Positions 1 to 12,196 of a DNA stretch of 64,000 bases are shown piece after piece (positions within the stretch are counted from its first letter, which is position 1; each line of letters opens with the position of its first letter). The translations under genes and the position numbers were made by a program. Origin of the DNA: Podarcis muralis. Its lineage: Eukaryota. The stretch lies in the NCBI RefSeq assembly GCF_964188315.1, contig NC_135655.1, positions 62,124,001 through 62,188,000 on the forward strand, in the 5' to 3' direction. The notes below the pieces were generated by a model. That model searched no databases. It had not been told where the DNA came from and saw only the letters and a program-made list of their open reading frames with translations.

Positions 1-93
1 AAACTTTCTCCTGAAGTTTCCTATCTTGAATTGACCAGAACCATGTGTATAAATGAAGAAATATTTCTGTGGCCATCAATTTTGATTTGACAG

Positions 94-219
94 AGAAACT
101 ATGTGAAACAGGCCCCTTACCATGTCCTAAATGTGTTAACAGTTTGGATAAAATGGTTGCCCCATATATCTCAGCCATCAATAGTACATGTGTCCCAGCA
201 ATGCCAAATGGCATATTTG
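94..219 (+). CDS. Candidate internal coding exon of an unidentified host gene (E-KLCETGPLPCPKCVNSLDKMVAPYISAINSTCVPAMPNGIF-G)
   Basis: Acceptor ttttgatttgacag at 93 and donor G|gtaaat at 220. Length is 126 nt (phase 1-1) and the frame is open. It joins in frame to the acceptor at 561. Confidence 0.4.
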
Positions 220-560
220 GTAAATGACTCAACCTGAAACAAAGAGCCAAAAACATTCCAAATACACCCAAGCTTTCCTATTTAGGTATTCAAATTTTGA
301 ATTAGAAATTTCCAGTTTTACATTCACATTGGGATTTTGAACATGCATTTTTTTAAAAAATTACAGAATTCAAAGTTCAAATATAGATATTTCTTGATTC
401 TTGTGGTTTTGCTCTGATTCATTAGGGTGTAAATGTGTGGGGGTATCATTTGCTGGAGTTCGTTCAAGGGTAAAGTAGGCACCCGTGTTGGGTGGGGAAA
501 GTGGTGCCACTGGGACTGGGGAACTGTTAGAACACAGACTGAACTGTTTCTCCTGTACAG

Positions 561-875
561 GTGACTATGAGGGGAACTTTGTCAATAAANNNNNNNNNNN
601 NNNNNNNNNNNNNNNNNNNNNNNNNNNNNNNNNNNNNNNNNNNNNNNNNNNNNNNNNNNNNNNNNNNNNNNNNNNNNNNNNNNNNNNNNNNNNNNNNNNN
701 NNNNNNNNNNNNNNNNNNNNNNNNNNNNNNNNNNNNNNNNNNNNNNNNNNNNTTTTTAAAAAATAAGCAACTTCCAAACATCAATGCCACTTCTTTCTCA
801 TTAATTAGACCTAGCCAGGAATCCAGTTTTAGTTCTCAGGAACAATTTCATGAATTAAATACATGGTGTGGATGA
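561..875 (+). CDS. Candidate (possibly terminal) coding exon interrupted by an N gap: GDYEGNFVNK...FLKNKQLPNINATSFSLIRPSQESSFSSQEQFHELNTWCG*
   Basis: Strong acceptor tgtttctcctgtacag|G at 560/561, phase-compatible with exon 94-219. The open frame after the gap ends at TGA 873-875. The frames match only if the gap length is off by 1-2 nt. Confidence 0.3.
   Translation: MTMRGTLSIXXXXXXXXXXXXXXXXXXXXXXXXXXXXXXXXXXXXXXXXXXXXXXXXXXXXXXXFLKNKQLPNINATSFSLIRPSQESSFSSQEQFHELNTWCG
590..752. other. Assembly gap (163 N)
   Basis: Run of N. Confidence 1.
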
Positions 876-1074
876 CATATTTCCAAGAAAATATGCACAA
901 ATCCACGAAGATAGTACCAAAAGACAACTGAAAAAGTTGGGATACCTGGATTGCTCCTGCCTGCAATTTTACAATTTAAAAAAAAAAAGGGAAAGAGAAT
1001 TAGGAGCACAAGAATGGATGGATGCAAAAGAAAGAGAAATCAGGGAAATCAATGCATGAATATCCTTTGGTGAA

Positions 1075-1271
1075 GGAAGGACCATAGCTCAATACTAGAG
1101 CACTTGTCTTGCAAGCAGAAGGTCACAGATTCTATGCATGGCAGCCAGGATGGACTAGGAGAGAACACTGCCCACGTCCCTGCAGATCCACTGCCAGTCA
1201 TTTTAGATGATACTGAGGCAGATGAACCAATGGTCTGAATCAGTGTAAGGCAGATTTCTTTGTTCCTATGT
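1075..1271 (+). mobile_element. tRNA-derived SINE, Squam2-like
   Basis: tRNA-like head (accatagctcaatactagagcac) and 3' end gaaccaatggtctgaatcagtgtaaggcag...ttcctatgt, shared with other copies in the window. Confidence 0.65.
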
Positions 1272-1305
1272 ATCCATCCAAAATACATGAGTTGAAAGGT
1301 ATGTA

Positions 1306-1544
1306 CAGTACCTTTGGTTGCAGACGCTTTAGGTTACATATGTTTCAGGTTACAGACTCTGCTATCCCAGAAATAGTACTTCGGGTTAAGAACTTTGCTT
1401 CAGGATGAGAACAGAAATCGCGCAGCAGCGGTGCAGTGGCAGCGGGAGGCCCCATTAGCTAAAGTGGTACCTCAGGTTAAGAACAGTTTCAGGTTAAGAA
1501 CGGACCTCCAGAACGAATTAAGTTCTTAACCAGAGGTACCACTG
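1306..1544. mobile_element. Tc1/mariner-type MITE
   Basis: TA flanks. Right TIR gaggtaccactg, left TIR partly deleted. Same family as 56758-56999 in the opposite orientation. Confidence 0.8.
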
Positions 1545-1675
1545 TAATTAGGACCAACAGAACTAACATTCCCTCCAAGCTGCAGTCTGGGCTGTTGTTT
1601 AAACCTCTGCCTGGGCAAATCAAAGCAATGAAGGCAAAGCTGCCACATCCAATAACATTCAGAAGACTGTGCACA

Positions 1676-1679
<4 letters not shown>

Positions 1680-1720
<41 letters not shown>
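1680..1720. repeat. (TAA)n microsatellite
   Basis: Direct reading. Confidence 0.95.
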
Positions 1721-1722
<2 letters not shown>

Positions 1723-2409
1723 TAAATCAATAAATCAATCACTGTGTTCTCTAAGAAAGAAACTATCCTACAGTTATGTTTAAAGGGAGAAACTCTGTCC
1801 TTAAATACCGCACCTTTTTCATTTGATTTTCAGTACATAGTTTGTTAACAGAGCTCTTTCCCTCCCTGTGTGAGAGGTTACATTGGGATACTGACATTTC
1901 AGTCCTGCACAGAGCTTCCAAATTAAACAAGGAAGCTGTTTTTCCACCACTGCAAATTGAAACAATACCTAGGACTTTCCCTGGTTTTGCTCTTTGACAG
2001 GCAAGAATGAAAAGGTATAAGCTGCAGCCCTCATATAATTTCTCTCTGTTTGGAGATCCATTTGTCGTGATAGACTATATCCTACTAAGAACCAGAGTTC
2101 ACCTGTATGCAGCAGCATTTGTTTTTCAGGTGATTGATTGAGAAACTTCCACAATTACAAATAAGCACTGCATGCTGTGTTTAGACCACTTATAATGATG
2201 GACCTGAATGAACCATTAATGTCCTAGCTTGATAGATGACTGAAAGCACAAATATTGAGGGCTGAGAGCACATGTGATAAAAATCATGCTCTGGCTTTGA
2301 TATTAGGCATTATATATAAAAAAAAAAATCCTTCTGGTTTCTGAACTCATGTGATTACTTCTGCAAGCATGAAACCCAGCAAAATCAAACTAGAAATTTT
2401 GCTTCTAAA

Positions 2410-2529
2410 GGGGGGTTCCTAGAATCTCAACTAAAACTAGCCTTAGAATCTGGGACACAGCTGGTAAGGGCTGCAAATCATCTCCCGGGTGCAGGCCTTA
2501 ATTTTCAGCTAGCGGGAGAGACCATAAAA
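2410..2529 (+). promoter_or_regulatory. Possible promoter: overlapping kB-like and GAS/STAT motifs plus CATAAAA box
   Basis: GGGGGGTTCC 2410-2419 (fits GGGRNNYYCC), TTCCTAGAA 2416-2424 (fits TTCN3GAA), CATAAAA 2523-2529. Motif match only. Confidence 0.25.
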
Positions 2530-3069
2530 GGCTGTCTCAGGCTGTGCTTCATGCAGTGTGCTGTGGTTACTTGTTCTCCCTCCATTCTGTGTTCTTTTCT
2601 TGTCTGAGCTCTGCTCCCTGTTGTTTGTTGCTGTTTAAATGAACTTTCTGCCACATTGAAAAGAAATAATTTTGTCATAATTTGTGTCAGCCAAAGTTTA
2701 TGTTGTCCTTTCATCCTGCTGTCCTTCCATTCTGTCAGGAGGAAGTTTTTGTGTTTGTGTAGAATCTAGAAAGATTAGCTGAAGGACAGAAATGAACCCA
2801 CATTTTTTTTGGAAGAAATGAAATACAATTGCGGCCTTGGTGTGTGGAGACAGGTTCAGAAACAGAGGAGCATGTGAGGGGGAACAAACATGGAATGTAA
2901 GCATAGAAGGTTGGGTGAAAGAAGACCAAAATACCTCTGAGATACAACTATGGAGAACTCCAACAGGAGGAAAGATTTGTGAAAAGAGGCAGTTCCAGTA
3001 ATAATTATTTAGAGTATACATTTAGGTTGCTTACAGGGTTCTTCTGTGTTAAACCAAATTGCTTTAGAA

Positions 3070-3323
3070 CAGGGGTCAGCAAACATTTTCAGCAGGGAGC
3101 CAGTCCACTGTCCCTCAGACCTTGTGGGGGGGCGGACTATATTATTATTATTATTAAAAAAAGAATGAATTCCTATGCCCCACAAATAACCCAGAGATGC
3201 ATTTTAAATAAAAGGACACATTCTACTCATGTAAAAACACACTGATTCCAGGACCGTCCACGGGCTGGATTTAGAAGGCGATTGGGCAGAATCCGACCCC
3301 GGACCTTAGTTTGCCTACCCATG
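3070..3323. mobile_element. hAT (Charlie-like) MITE
   Basis: TIRs caggggtcagcaaac / gtttgcctacccatg, 8-bp TSD ctttagaa/ctttagac. Confidence 0.85.
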
Positions 3324-3810
3324 CTTTAGACAATCGGGGGGGTGTGGTTTCAATATAGTGCTACGGCAATCATTCTGTCCACACAAGGTTCTCTGCTTGT
3401 GCAATGTGACATCCTCCCTCTCTCCACCTCTGTGTCCTCCCTAAATATGTTCCAGGGAGTTCCCTCAACCCTCTGAGGCAGATTTGGCAAGGGCATAGGG
3501 TGCACAGAGTGAGGAGAGGGGGCAGATTCCATTGCATGAGCAGAAATCCTTGGGTTGATGGTACTCTTGGGTTGATGGCACTGCCCTCAATACTGTGGTT
3601 GTCAAATAAAGGTTGGACAAGAAAGCACATGAACGACTGCATTGGAGTCAGGACTCAGTTAGAACCCGCTACATTTTTAACATCGCTCTCTTCCACCTCA
3701 CCACTTCACCACATTAATCCTCTCCACTTGAGAGTATGTAATGAGGATCAGTTACTGGGAGTTGCAGCACTAAATCTGTCACCATGCAACATTCCAACTA
3801 GTCCCCATAT

Positions 3811-3945
3811 CAGGGTATTCAACCTGGTGTCTCCCAGATGGTTTGGACTACAAGTCCCATCAGCCCCAGCTTACATAGCCAATTGTCAGGGATGGTGGCA
3901 GCTGTAGTTTACAACATCTGGAGGGCACCAGGTCAGCTACCCCTG
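3811..3945. mobile_element. hAT MITE (URR1-like)
   Basis: Imperfect TIRs cagggtattcaacctggtg / caccaggtcagctacccctg, internal ggactacaagtcccatca motif. Confidence 0.65.
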
Positions 3946-3993
3946 CCCAGAATCATAGCTTACTAACAGGAATGTTGTATAGAGAGGGAGTGG

Positions 3994-4150
3994 CAGGGTT
4001 GCCATATTTCAAAGAGTAAAAGGAAGACCCCCAAATTGTTGAACCAATGTTTAGGAGAAAGTGCCACCTTTCGGATACTTACCCTGGATATAAATTCTGC
4101 CTTTGAAATCCCGGTAATGTCTGGGGAAATCCAGACATATGGCAGCCCTA
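3994..4150. mobile_element. hAT (Tip100-like) MITE
   Basis: TIRs cagggttgccatat / atatggcagcccta. Confidence 0.65.
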
Positions 4151-4185
4151 TGCATGCCATGTCTGTTTGTTGTCTCCTAGCCTGG

Positions 4186-5020
4186 GCTACCCTATTGAAA
4201 AAGATCACTTCTTCTACCTAGGCAGTTATCTTTCCACAAGGGCCAACATTGATGCCGAAATCCAGCATTTCCTGAGCATTGCGAGTGTGGCTTTCTCCCG
4301 ATTGAAGTGCAGAGTGTTTGAGAAACGGGACATTCGCAGGGAAACCAAAATGCTTGTTTACAAAGCTATTGTACTACCAACCTTACTGTATGCTTGTGAA
4401 ACATGGACCACTTATAAACACCATCTCCAACTCCTCGAAAGATTCCATCAACGGTGTCTCCGGAAAATTTTCCGCATCACTTGGGAAGACAGGCAAACTA
4501 TTATCAGTGTACTGGAAGAAGCACAGATCACCAGTGTTGAAGCAATGGTTCTTCAACATCAACTTCGTTGGACTAGTCATGTTGTGCAGATGCCTGATGA
4601 TCGTCTTCCAAAGCAAGTACTCTATTCCGAACTTAAAAATGGAAAGCATAATGCTGGTGATCAACAAAAGAGGTTTAAAGACTGTCTCAAGGCAAAGCTT
4701 TAAAAATGTAGTATAAACACTGACAACTGGGAAACACTGCCCTGCAAGCACTTCAGTTGGAGAACAGCCTTTACCAAAGGTGTTGTGGGCTTTGAAGACA
4801 CTCGAACTCAGGACGCAAGGGAGAAACGTGCTAAGAGGAAGGCACGCTTGGCAAATCCACACCGTAATCAGTTCCCACCCAGAAACCAATGTCCCCACTG
4901 TGGAAGGACATGTGGATCCAGAACCTGCCTCCACAGTCACTTACAGACTCATTGTTAAAACCGTGTTTATGGAAGACAATCTTGATCGCCAAAGATTGAA
5001 AAAGACAAGGAGGCATTGTC
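4186..5020 (+). mobile_element. 5'-truncated RTE-clade LINE (non-Bov-B): RT C-terminal region with C2H2 zinc finger
   Basis: Translation FFYLGS...KMLVYKAIVLPTLLYACETW...LRW..HV.QMPDDRLPKQVLYSEL. One in-frame TAA at 4701, then CPHCGRTCGSRTCLHSHLQTHC* ending at 4958. Confidence 0.9.
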
Positions 5021-5071
5021 CAGGTTGTCATCTAGACTTGTAGCTGCTGACTAGGTGCCACTGTCACTACG

Positions 5072-5299
5072 AGAGAACCAGTGTGGTCTAATGGTTAGAA
5101 TGTCAGGCTGGGACCTGGATTCAAATCCTCCATTAGCTAGGAAGCTCCCTGGATGACCTTGGGCCAGTCACTGCCTCTAAGGCTAACCTGCCTCATAGGG
5201 GACTTTTTGAGATTAAATGAGGAGCAGGAGAACCATGTACACCACTTGGAGCTCCTTGGAGAAAAGGTGGGGTGTAAATGCCACAAATAAATAATAAAT
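5072..5299 (+). mobile_element. tRNA-derived SINE, Squam3-like
   Basis: Head gagaaccagtgtggtctaatggttagaa, B-box-like gattcaaatcc, body gaccttgggccagtcac, tail aaataaataataaat. Confidence 0.8.
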
Positions 5300-5416
5300 T
5301 CTGTCTTTTCAATAAATACCAGGGCTGGCTGTAGCAATATATCTTCTTAATCACCTCAATAATGCAGGGTATGATTAAATAAGGAGTCAAGCCACCACCA
5401 AACATGCCTAGAAGTC

Positions 5417-5540
5417 ATATAGAATCATAGAATTGTAGAGTTGGAAGGGATCTTGAGGTTCATCTAGTCCAACCCGCCTGCAATGCAGGAATCTCAACTA
5501 AAGCATCCATGACAGGTGGCCATCCAACCTCTGCTTAAAG
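5417..5540 (-). mobile_element. CR1 LINE 3' end fragment
   Basis: catatagaatcatagaattgtagagttggaaggg is the reverse complement of the CR1 (ATTCTATG)n tail and 3' UTR. Confidence 0.8.
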
Positions 5541-8500
5541 CATTCTGTTTTTCCCCAGATGTGCATTTGTGCCTACTATGCATGCTGTACGGTAGCACTG
5601 GCCCAAATCCTGCATATTTGTCTGGTATGATTTTTGTTGCTGTTCTTGCTGCTCTTCCATTCCCTTTTGTTTATTTTTCTGCTAGCTTACGCTTGATTGA
5701 GGAAGACCAAAGGAAAGGGATGCCTCTCTTAAATGCTGCTTTTTGAACCACTGTTGTTGTTGTTGTTGTTTCTTGTTGTTTCCAGCTGGAACATCTGCAG
5801 AACCTCTGTTCGTTCTATTTTTATCACAGACAGAAAAGTATAGACAGGGTGCTGGGATATGTCAACTTTTTTGTTGTTCTATGAAAACTGTGTCTCTGAC
5901 AGATGCTGACTTGGAATCCTGGGTTCTCCCAACCCTCACCCACCACCCTATTCCCTGTTGTCAAAATGCAGACAAGTAATTTTAGGACTAAATTTAAAAA
6001 CCACTTTGGGAATTGAAAGTTGTTGAGGAATATTTGTAGGCAGCGAGTGGAAGCTTCTTCACACAGCTTCTTCAGCAAAGTATCAAAAGAACAAGTTTTG
6101 GAGAGACATCTCTTAACATTTTAGGAAAGATGGCAGCCGAGGACAGAACCTTCTAGTCATTTTATATTAGTGCCCTACCAGTTTCTCTCAGGATATGAAG
6201 CACAAGGCAGGTATATTCAGAAGGAAAATGTTGCAGGAAGAAAGAGAGATATTGCTGCCACCAGCATTTATAGAACTCCATATAAGAGATGGAATGTGAC
6301 TCTTAAGGTACTTTACCAACTACCCAGATATGCAATCACAATATACTTGTTTTTTAAAAAGGGGAAAAACTCTTCCTAGTAGCAATCTTCAGTATAATTT
6401 AAGGTTCCACTAGCAATCTTTAGCATAAGCCAGGATACTCATAGTGTTACTTGAAAACTCTGATGTCTGAAAGGACTCTGAAGTTCCCAGATAATTCTCT
6501 AGGCAAAGGGTAGTATTCAACTAAGTTTTACTCAAAGTAGACCAGTGGTGTCTTGGCCCTCCTGGCTTGCTATACCAGGAACTGGTGATTCATTTCATTC
6601 CTTCATTCAATTTCATTCCTTCATTAAAAGCAGCAACCTGCTGCATGGCTTTTTCCTGCCATAGAAGGTTATATCAAAAGAGTTCTGTCAAACATCTTAT
6701 ATTCATCCTCTGTGTGGCCTCCATGATACTTCTCACAAATGTTTTCCTAACTGTTAATTTCCACATTATGCCTGAGCTTTCACGTGATGTAAAGGGCACA
6801 TCCAGAATCTTGGCTGGGGAAACCAGCAAAGTCTTCTGTCTGCAGACAAAGCTGCCAAGCACTTTGGCTGGTACTGTTGGTGAGGTAGCCTCGGAGAAGG
6901 CTTTCTGACCCTGTCACTCTCATAGGCTTTCTGGCCTTGGGTCAACAACTCTAAAATCAAAGCTTATATCTCCAAGGGATTAACTTGCACCTTGTGTTAA
7001 TGATGCCATAAGAAATCTTGTGAATTTCTGAAAATTAAATACCCAGCATGAGGGCAGGGCAGTGGGATGGGGGTGTCATGGCACCACAGTATACAGGAAG
7101 AGGAAGTTTTGCTTCCCCAGTTCCACTAGCAGCAACTCACATTAAGAAAAAAAATTCGATTAGTATCAATGGGAGTTCTTTTCCTGCCATGTTAATTGTC
7201 GCATGGGTAATTTTTACTGAGATCACAACTAGGCAGGGAAGATTTAAATCCCACCCCCCTCTCTGTGGGACATGACAGTTCCATTGCCTCTCCTAGCTTC
7301 GGTTGTTGTTGTTTTATTGGAAAAAAAACACAATCAGGTCATGAATGTAATGTGCACCTGGGCCCTTAAATCATCACAATAACATTTTCTTAAACTGCTG
7401 AAATAACTGGCTCTGTAGTTGAGAACACTTTCATGCATCAATTTGGAGATGAATTTCTTGTCAAATTTTAATTTTCATAAGAGTTCTGTTGCGCAGAGGC
7501 TATAATTAGGAAATCAAACATTATAAGAGTGCTGAGAAAATAAATTAGCTTATATCCCTTTGGGTATGCTGTAAATTAAAGCTGGCTGCAAAACCAAATG
7601 TATGTTATTTATTTTCTCCCAAACTTCTGCATTGAGCTTCCATTAATGCTGATGGAATTTACATGCTCAGCTGCTGGAAAATATATTCCTAAAACGTGGT
7701 CTGATGTAATTCCAAATGTCTGGGATATTAAACCCTAGAGAAATGTGACATGAAATAGAACATACAGAGAGATCTATTATTGGCTTTCTCTTTCCAAAGA
7801 CAACAAAGCTTTGAACCCCCAAGAGAAGTTTCTAATCTGAGTTCCTTACTTAAAGGGCCTAAAAATATTGAGCAATTCCTTAGAGTACGTACAGAGTAAT
7901 TACGCAAAAAGGAGGGTAATATTCTGTAACTGTGAACGGATTCTGCCCTGTAATGTTTCAGTGGAAAGGTATACAATAAATTGCAAACAGAATCAACATC
8001 ATCATTACTATATTTTGCAAACAGAAACAACTTCATCAGAATGTGATTGATTGGGCTCCCGGTACTTTTGTTCCATTGACTAGCACTGCAGAATAGAACA
8101 CAGCAATTTGGAAAACAGGCTCTGGGGTGGAGAGAAATATGGAGTTTCCTGACTGTAGCACCAGTTTTCCAAACCAGCTCTTTAAATTTTTTTTTGAACT
8201 TGCATGCAATTTGGAGGAGAGTGGGGAACACGGCTCTTGTTTTTTTCTAGGGGACAAGCTAGGGGCAGATTTCTCCTAGGGGAATTGAGGCATCTCAGAC
8301 TAAAAGCCCAAGAGCAGGGAGTTTCAGAAACAGATTGTTTTCATCCTAGAAAGACCAAAAATGGGAGACTGAAGACAGAGTCGGCTAAAGAATCCATAAC
8401 AGTATTTTCTTTATTTCTTTTTTGCAGGACCAAGCAACTTCAGATTTAAGATCACTCCCCATCCGGGAATGAATAATAATGCCAGTAAGCAGAGTGCTTA

Positions 8501-9669
8501 GTCTTTCCCAGCTGGCTTTCAGCAGGATGAATGGGCATGAATCCAGCTCTCAGCAGGTGAGATTGTACTAAACCAAGCCGAAGAAACAAGGCAAGAATGA
8601 GTGCTCAGGGTCTCGGATGTTGAAAAGCACAATTAAAGCTACTATGTGAAAGATAAACAATGGCACACTAGTCACATTATACTGCACCGTTATCATTTTG
8701 TATCTTGCCTTTGGATGAGGTTTCACTTCCCAAAAAACAAAGTGCAAGAGCTAGTTTACTCTTAAAATACTGGGTAAGTTTCCCTGTCACCAGCCAGGAT
8801 GGAAAATGGTTTGTAATCGGAGTATAGTCACCTCCTGTGAAATAATAGAAGCAAGATAACAAACGTGTCAGGAAAGCAAAATATTTGCTTTAAAAATAGA
8901 CTTCCTGTCTTTTAATTCTCTACTTAATTTCATTAGCAAACCAGCATTCAGCAGTTCCCAGCCCTGTTCAAAGAGTCACCCAAAACACTCATATTGTTTT
9001 ACAGCTTAGATGTAAAACACTTGGGAAATGGCCATCTAACTCACATCTCTATGTGCAAGCAGCGGAGATAATTGGAACTCACCCTAAATCTAGATCAGAC
9101 CTCTCAGCATGTGGACAAATAAGACTATTTATTTCTCCTTTATTAAACCTCAAGAGCTCTACAAGCCTCAATACCGACATTAAATAAACCACTGGTTTCA
9201 TGAGAAAAGTAATAAATATGCCAGACTTTTTTTTAAAAAAAACACCTTTTGTGGAAATTTGAGGAAGCAGAAAGACTTGAGAAAGTAACTCAGCCACCAT
9301 TGTGGTTCATATTACCACATTAAACATAAGACCTTACCAGTGTTATAACTTCAGGGCTTCAACTTAAAACAAAACAGAATTAGAATTCAGCTGATATTTT
9401 ATTTTAGTGTGTTGGGGCTAGACAGGATGTGTGAGCCTCTTGGTCTATCTGCTGGTGCCCACTGTGGTAAAACTCTCAGAGAGCCACAGCAGAGGAAGAA
9501 AGACACCACTCCATCCTCAAAATTCTCAAATCATTACCGGTCTTGGTCCCAACATATGCTTGTTTCTCTGGCCTGGATATAAAATACTTCCAGCTCAAAC
9601 CTGCATGTTTGACTAGGTGTGACCATATAGCCTGCAATTGCTCTTGCCTTTGGATCAACTATCCTGTAG

Positions 9670-9780
9670 AACTATCATAGGAACATTGGAGCCTTACACC
9701 AAGTCAGATCATCTGTCCATCTAGTTGAATGCTATCTACACTGACCAGCAGTTGGCTGTCCAAGGTTTCAGACAGGAGAC
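9670..9780 (-). mobile_element. Squam2-like SINE 3' part
   Basis: cataggaacattggagccttacaccaagtcagatc matches the reverse complement of the 1075-1271 3' end. Confidence 0.55.
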
Positions 9781-10129
9781 AGGAGATTAAACCCACTGAG
9801 CTACGTACCTTCCCCAATCCCTCCCTCTGCCACTCCATCCTTTGGGAACTTTCTATTCTCTGCATGGCCAACTCCCTCCATCTCTGTGCTGGATAGTACT
9901 GCTAAGAGTGTCAGTAGCCCTGTGCAGGAGTTCTTCTCCTCCCCCAAGTAGAATTGCATCAACATGTCAGACACAGCACAGAGAAGGGTCATCCTCATGA
10001 GGGAGCTATGCCTGGAGGAAGAACTGTGAGGGGAGATACTCCATCAGGCAAGTCCTCTTTCCACCTGTCTTGCTCCACCCTCTAGGCTCTGCTTCTCAAT
10101 TTGTATTGTATTATTTTATGTACTGTGGC

Positions 10130-10401
10130 TTGCCATTGTTTTATTGATTATAGTTTAGAAATTATTTATTGCAACTGTTGAGTGGATTTCTGTTTAACTT
10201 TTATATGTTGATATTATTATTTTGTACTATTCTAATAAATGTTGAATGTTACTTTTTGATGCAGGTTGCTTATTTTAAAGTTTTGTTTTATTATCACATT
10301 TTTGTATTGCATTAGATTGTTATAAGTTGTACATTTTTGTTTCTTCAGCTTGTAAACCGCCTTGAGTATTGTAAGATAGAAAGACGGTATACAAATAAAA
10401 A

Positions 10402-10439
<38 letters not shown>
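10130..10439 (+). mobile_element. L2-type LINE 3' UTR ending in a (GAT)n tail
   Basis: T-rich UTR, ttgtaaaccgccttgag...ggtatacaaataaa, then (GAT)n 10403-10439. Confidence 0.55.
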
Positions 10440-10440
<1 letters not shown>

Positions 10441-10584
10441 GGAGCCTCCGCTTTGCATGCAGAAAGTCCAGGCTCACTCCTGGGCATCTCCAGGTTGAAC
10501 TGGGAGAGACATTCATTAAAGACAATACCATGCTCTATGGACCACTGGTCTGACTTGGTATAAAGCATCATCCTATGTTCCTAT
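10441..10584 (+). mobile_element. Squam2-like SINE, internally deleted
   Basis: gctttgcatgcagaaagtccagg...ctggtctgacttggtataaagc...cctatgttcctat. Confidence 0.55.
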
Positions 10585-11193
10585 CCCTACTCATGGAGGA
10601 GTTAGTGTTCTTGAAATGGCTGCATTGGGGTCAAACTAACCTAATGCTTCCTATCCAAGACATTCCAAACTTTCCTATAGCTTCAGTGAAACTTGATCTG
10701 TTCTGTGTCCATTCAATTCAGCATGCTTCATACTGAATTGGGAGAGGACATAGAGGGAGGAAAAAACAGTGTATAACTTTCTTGATACCAGTTGACTCTA
10801 ACAGCCTTCAACAGTCATTATACTTTATGCCCACCATGAAGCTAACCTAGTATATATTGATGAACTGGTCAGCGTTTCCTTGGAAATGTTGCCATTCATG
10901 CTGATTCCTTGGGTACCTTTTATGTTTTTCCCTGCCTTAGCTAGTTTATAGCCATGTCCAGCTTTGCCAAGTTTTGAGAATGATTTTGGGAAGGACTACA
11001 TATCTAAATACTCGTTCTTGTCTTCAACCTTATTGCAGCTGCTTCTCCTTTTTGTGTATGCCAGACATCATATTTTTCTTCTGTTTTTCCATCCAGAGCT
11101 TTTATTCCACACCTAGAGAACTCTCCCATAAATCAACAGTTTAAAAAATCTAAACAGAGAAATAGCTCTCTATGCTTTGAAGAAATCACATGC

Positions 11194-11350
11194 AGCCTGA
11201 TCCTATGTGCATTTTTAGTCAGAAGTAAGTCATGTGAATTAAGTAGGGCTTACTCTCAAGTAAGTGCATAGGATTGCAGCCTTATAGAGCAATCCTGTTT
11301 ACTGAGAGTTCAGTGGGACTTACTCCAAACTAGGTGTGTATAGGATTGAA
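11194..11350. repeat. Two adjacent copies of a short palindromic interspersed repeat (MITE-like). Further copies near 27800, 30150, 31310, 49010 and 61370.
   Basis: gatcctatg...agaagtaagtc...gcttactc...cataggattgcagcc self-complementary motif recurring across the window. Confidence 0.55.
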
Positions 11351-11780
11351 ATCGTGAATACTCAGCAATGTTGGAATGCTTTCATCGTTGCCTCCAGCTT
11401 GTGAGCTTCTCAGAGGCATCTAATTGATGGTTGTTGGCAGTAGAATGTTGGACTAGATGGAACCTGATGCAACAAGGTAATTCTTACATTCTTAGCTCAA
11501 TACAGGCATTCTGGCTAGTTTTAACATGGGAAGGAACACTGCAGCTCACACTTGTTTTCCTAGAATACGTTTGCTTCTAATCTTCCTCTTGTATTGCAAA
11601 CTAAGTTTTCAGCTAAATTGAACTAGGTGGTCATTGGCTTAACTAAACTGAGCTCCTCCATGAATGGCAGGCAGTTCTTCTCGGGAGCTGATAACTTATT
11701 ACTTACACTTACACCCTTACCTCCAAATGGGATGTCTGCAAAGGCAGAATTTATGCACGTCAGGTTGCACACAATCTGGA

Positions 11781-11970
11781 ATTTATTATTGCATTTATAT
11801 TCCAAGGAGCAAAAGGAGCTCAGTTCTCCCCTTCCCCATTTTCTCCTCACAACAAGCCTGAGACATAAGCTAGGCTGGGTGACTGTTCCAAGATCACCCA
11901 GTGAGCTTCCTGGCTAAGTGGGGATTTGAACCTACTCCAGCGCTCTAAGCACTATGCCACACTGGTTCTC
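11781..11970 (-). mobile_element. Squam3-like SINE
   Basis: Reverse-complement head ctatgccacactggttctc, body cctcacaacaagcctgag. Confidence 0.7.
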
Positions 11971-12196
11971 ACAAGAGAGAATCCAGCATGATTGGCGTTC
12001 CTGGTCGTGGGAAGCCTACATAGATGTCCACTCTCGAAACGTGGAAGGAGGGGTGTTGCATATCAAGTCAGGGCCACTGTGGAAGCATCTTCATGCTGAT
12101 GACACTTGATAACACAAAGAAACAGAACTGGCTTTGAAACCAGATAATATGTACATGATACATATTATGTTAAAATGCACAGCTATACTGTGCCTA

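Noticed and set aside
485-790. ORFs spanning the first N run (also 56075-56458)
   Set aside because: Length inflated by X residues; only the splice-supported frame was kept as a candidate.
4318-4940. 132-aa and 185-aa ORFs
   Set aside because: Alternative-frame or antisense shadows of the RTE fragment.
7728-8231. 167-aa minus-strand ORF
   Set aside because: Composition typical of non-coding DNA; no motif or splice support.
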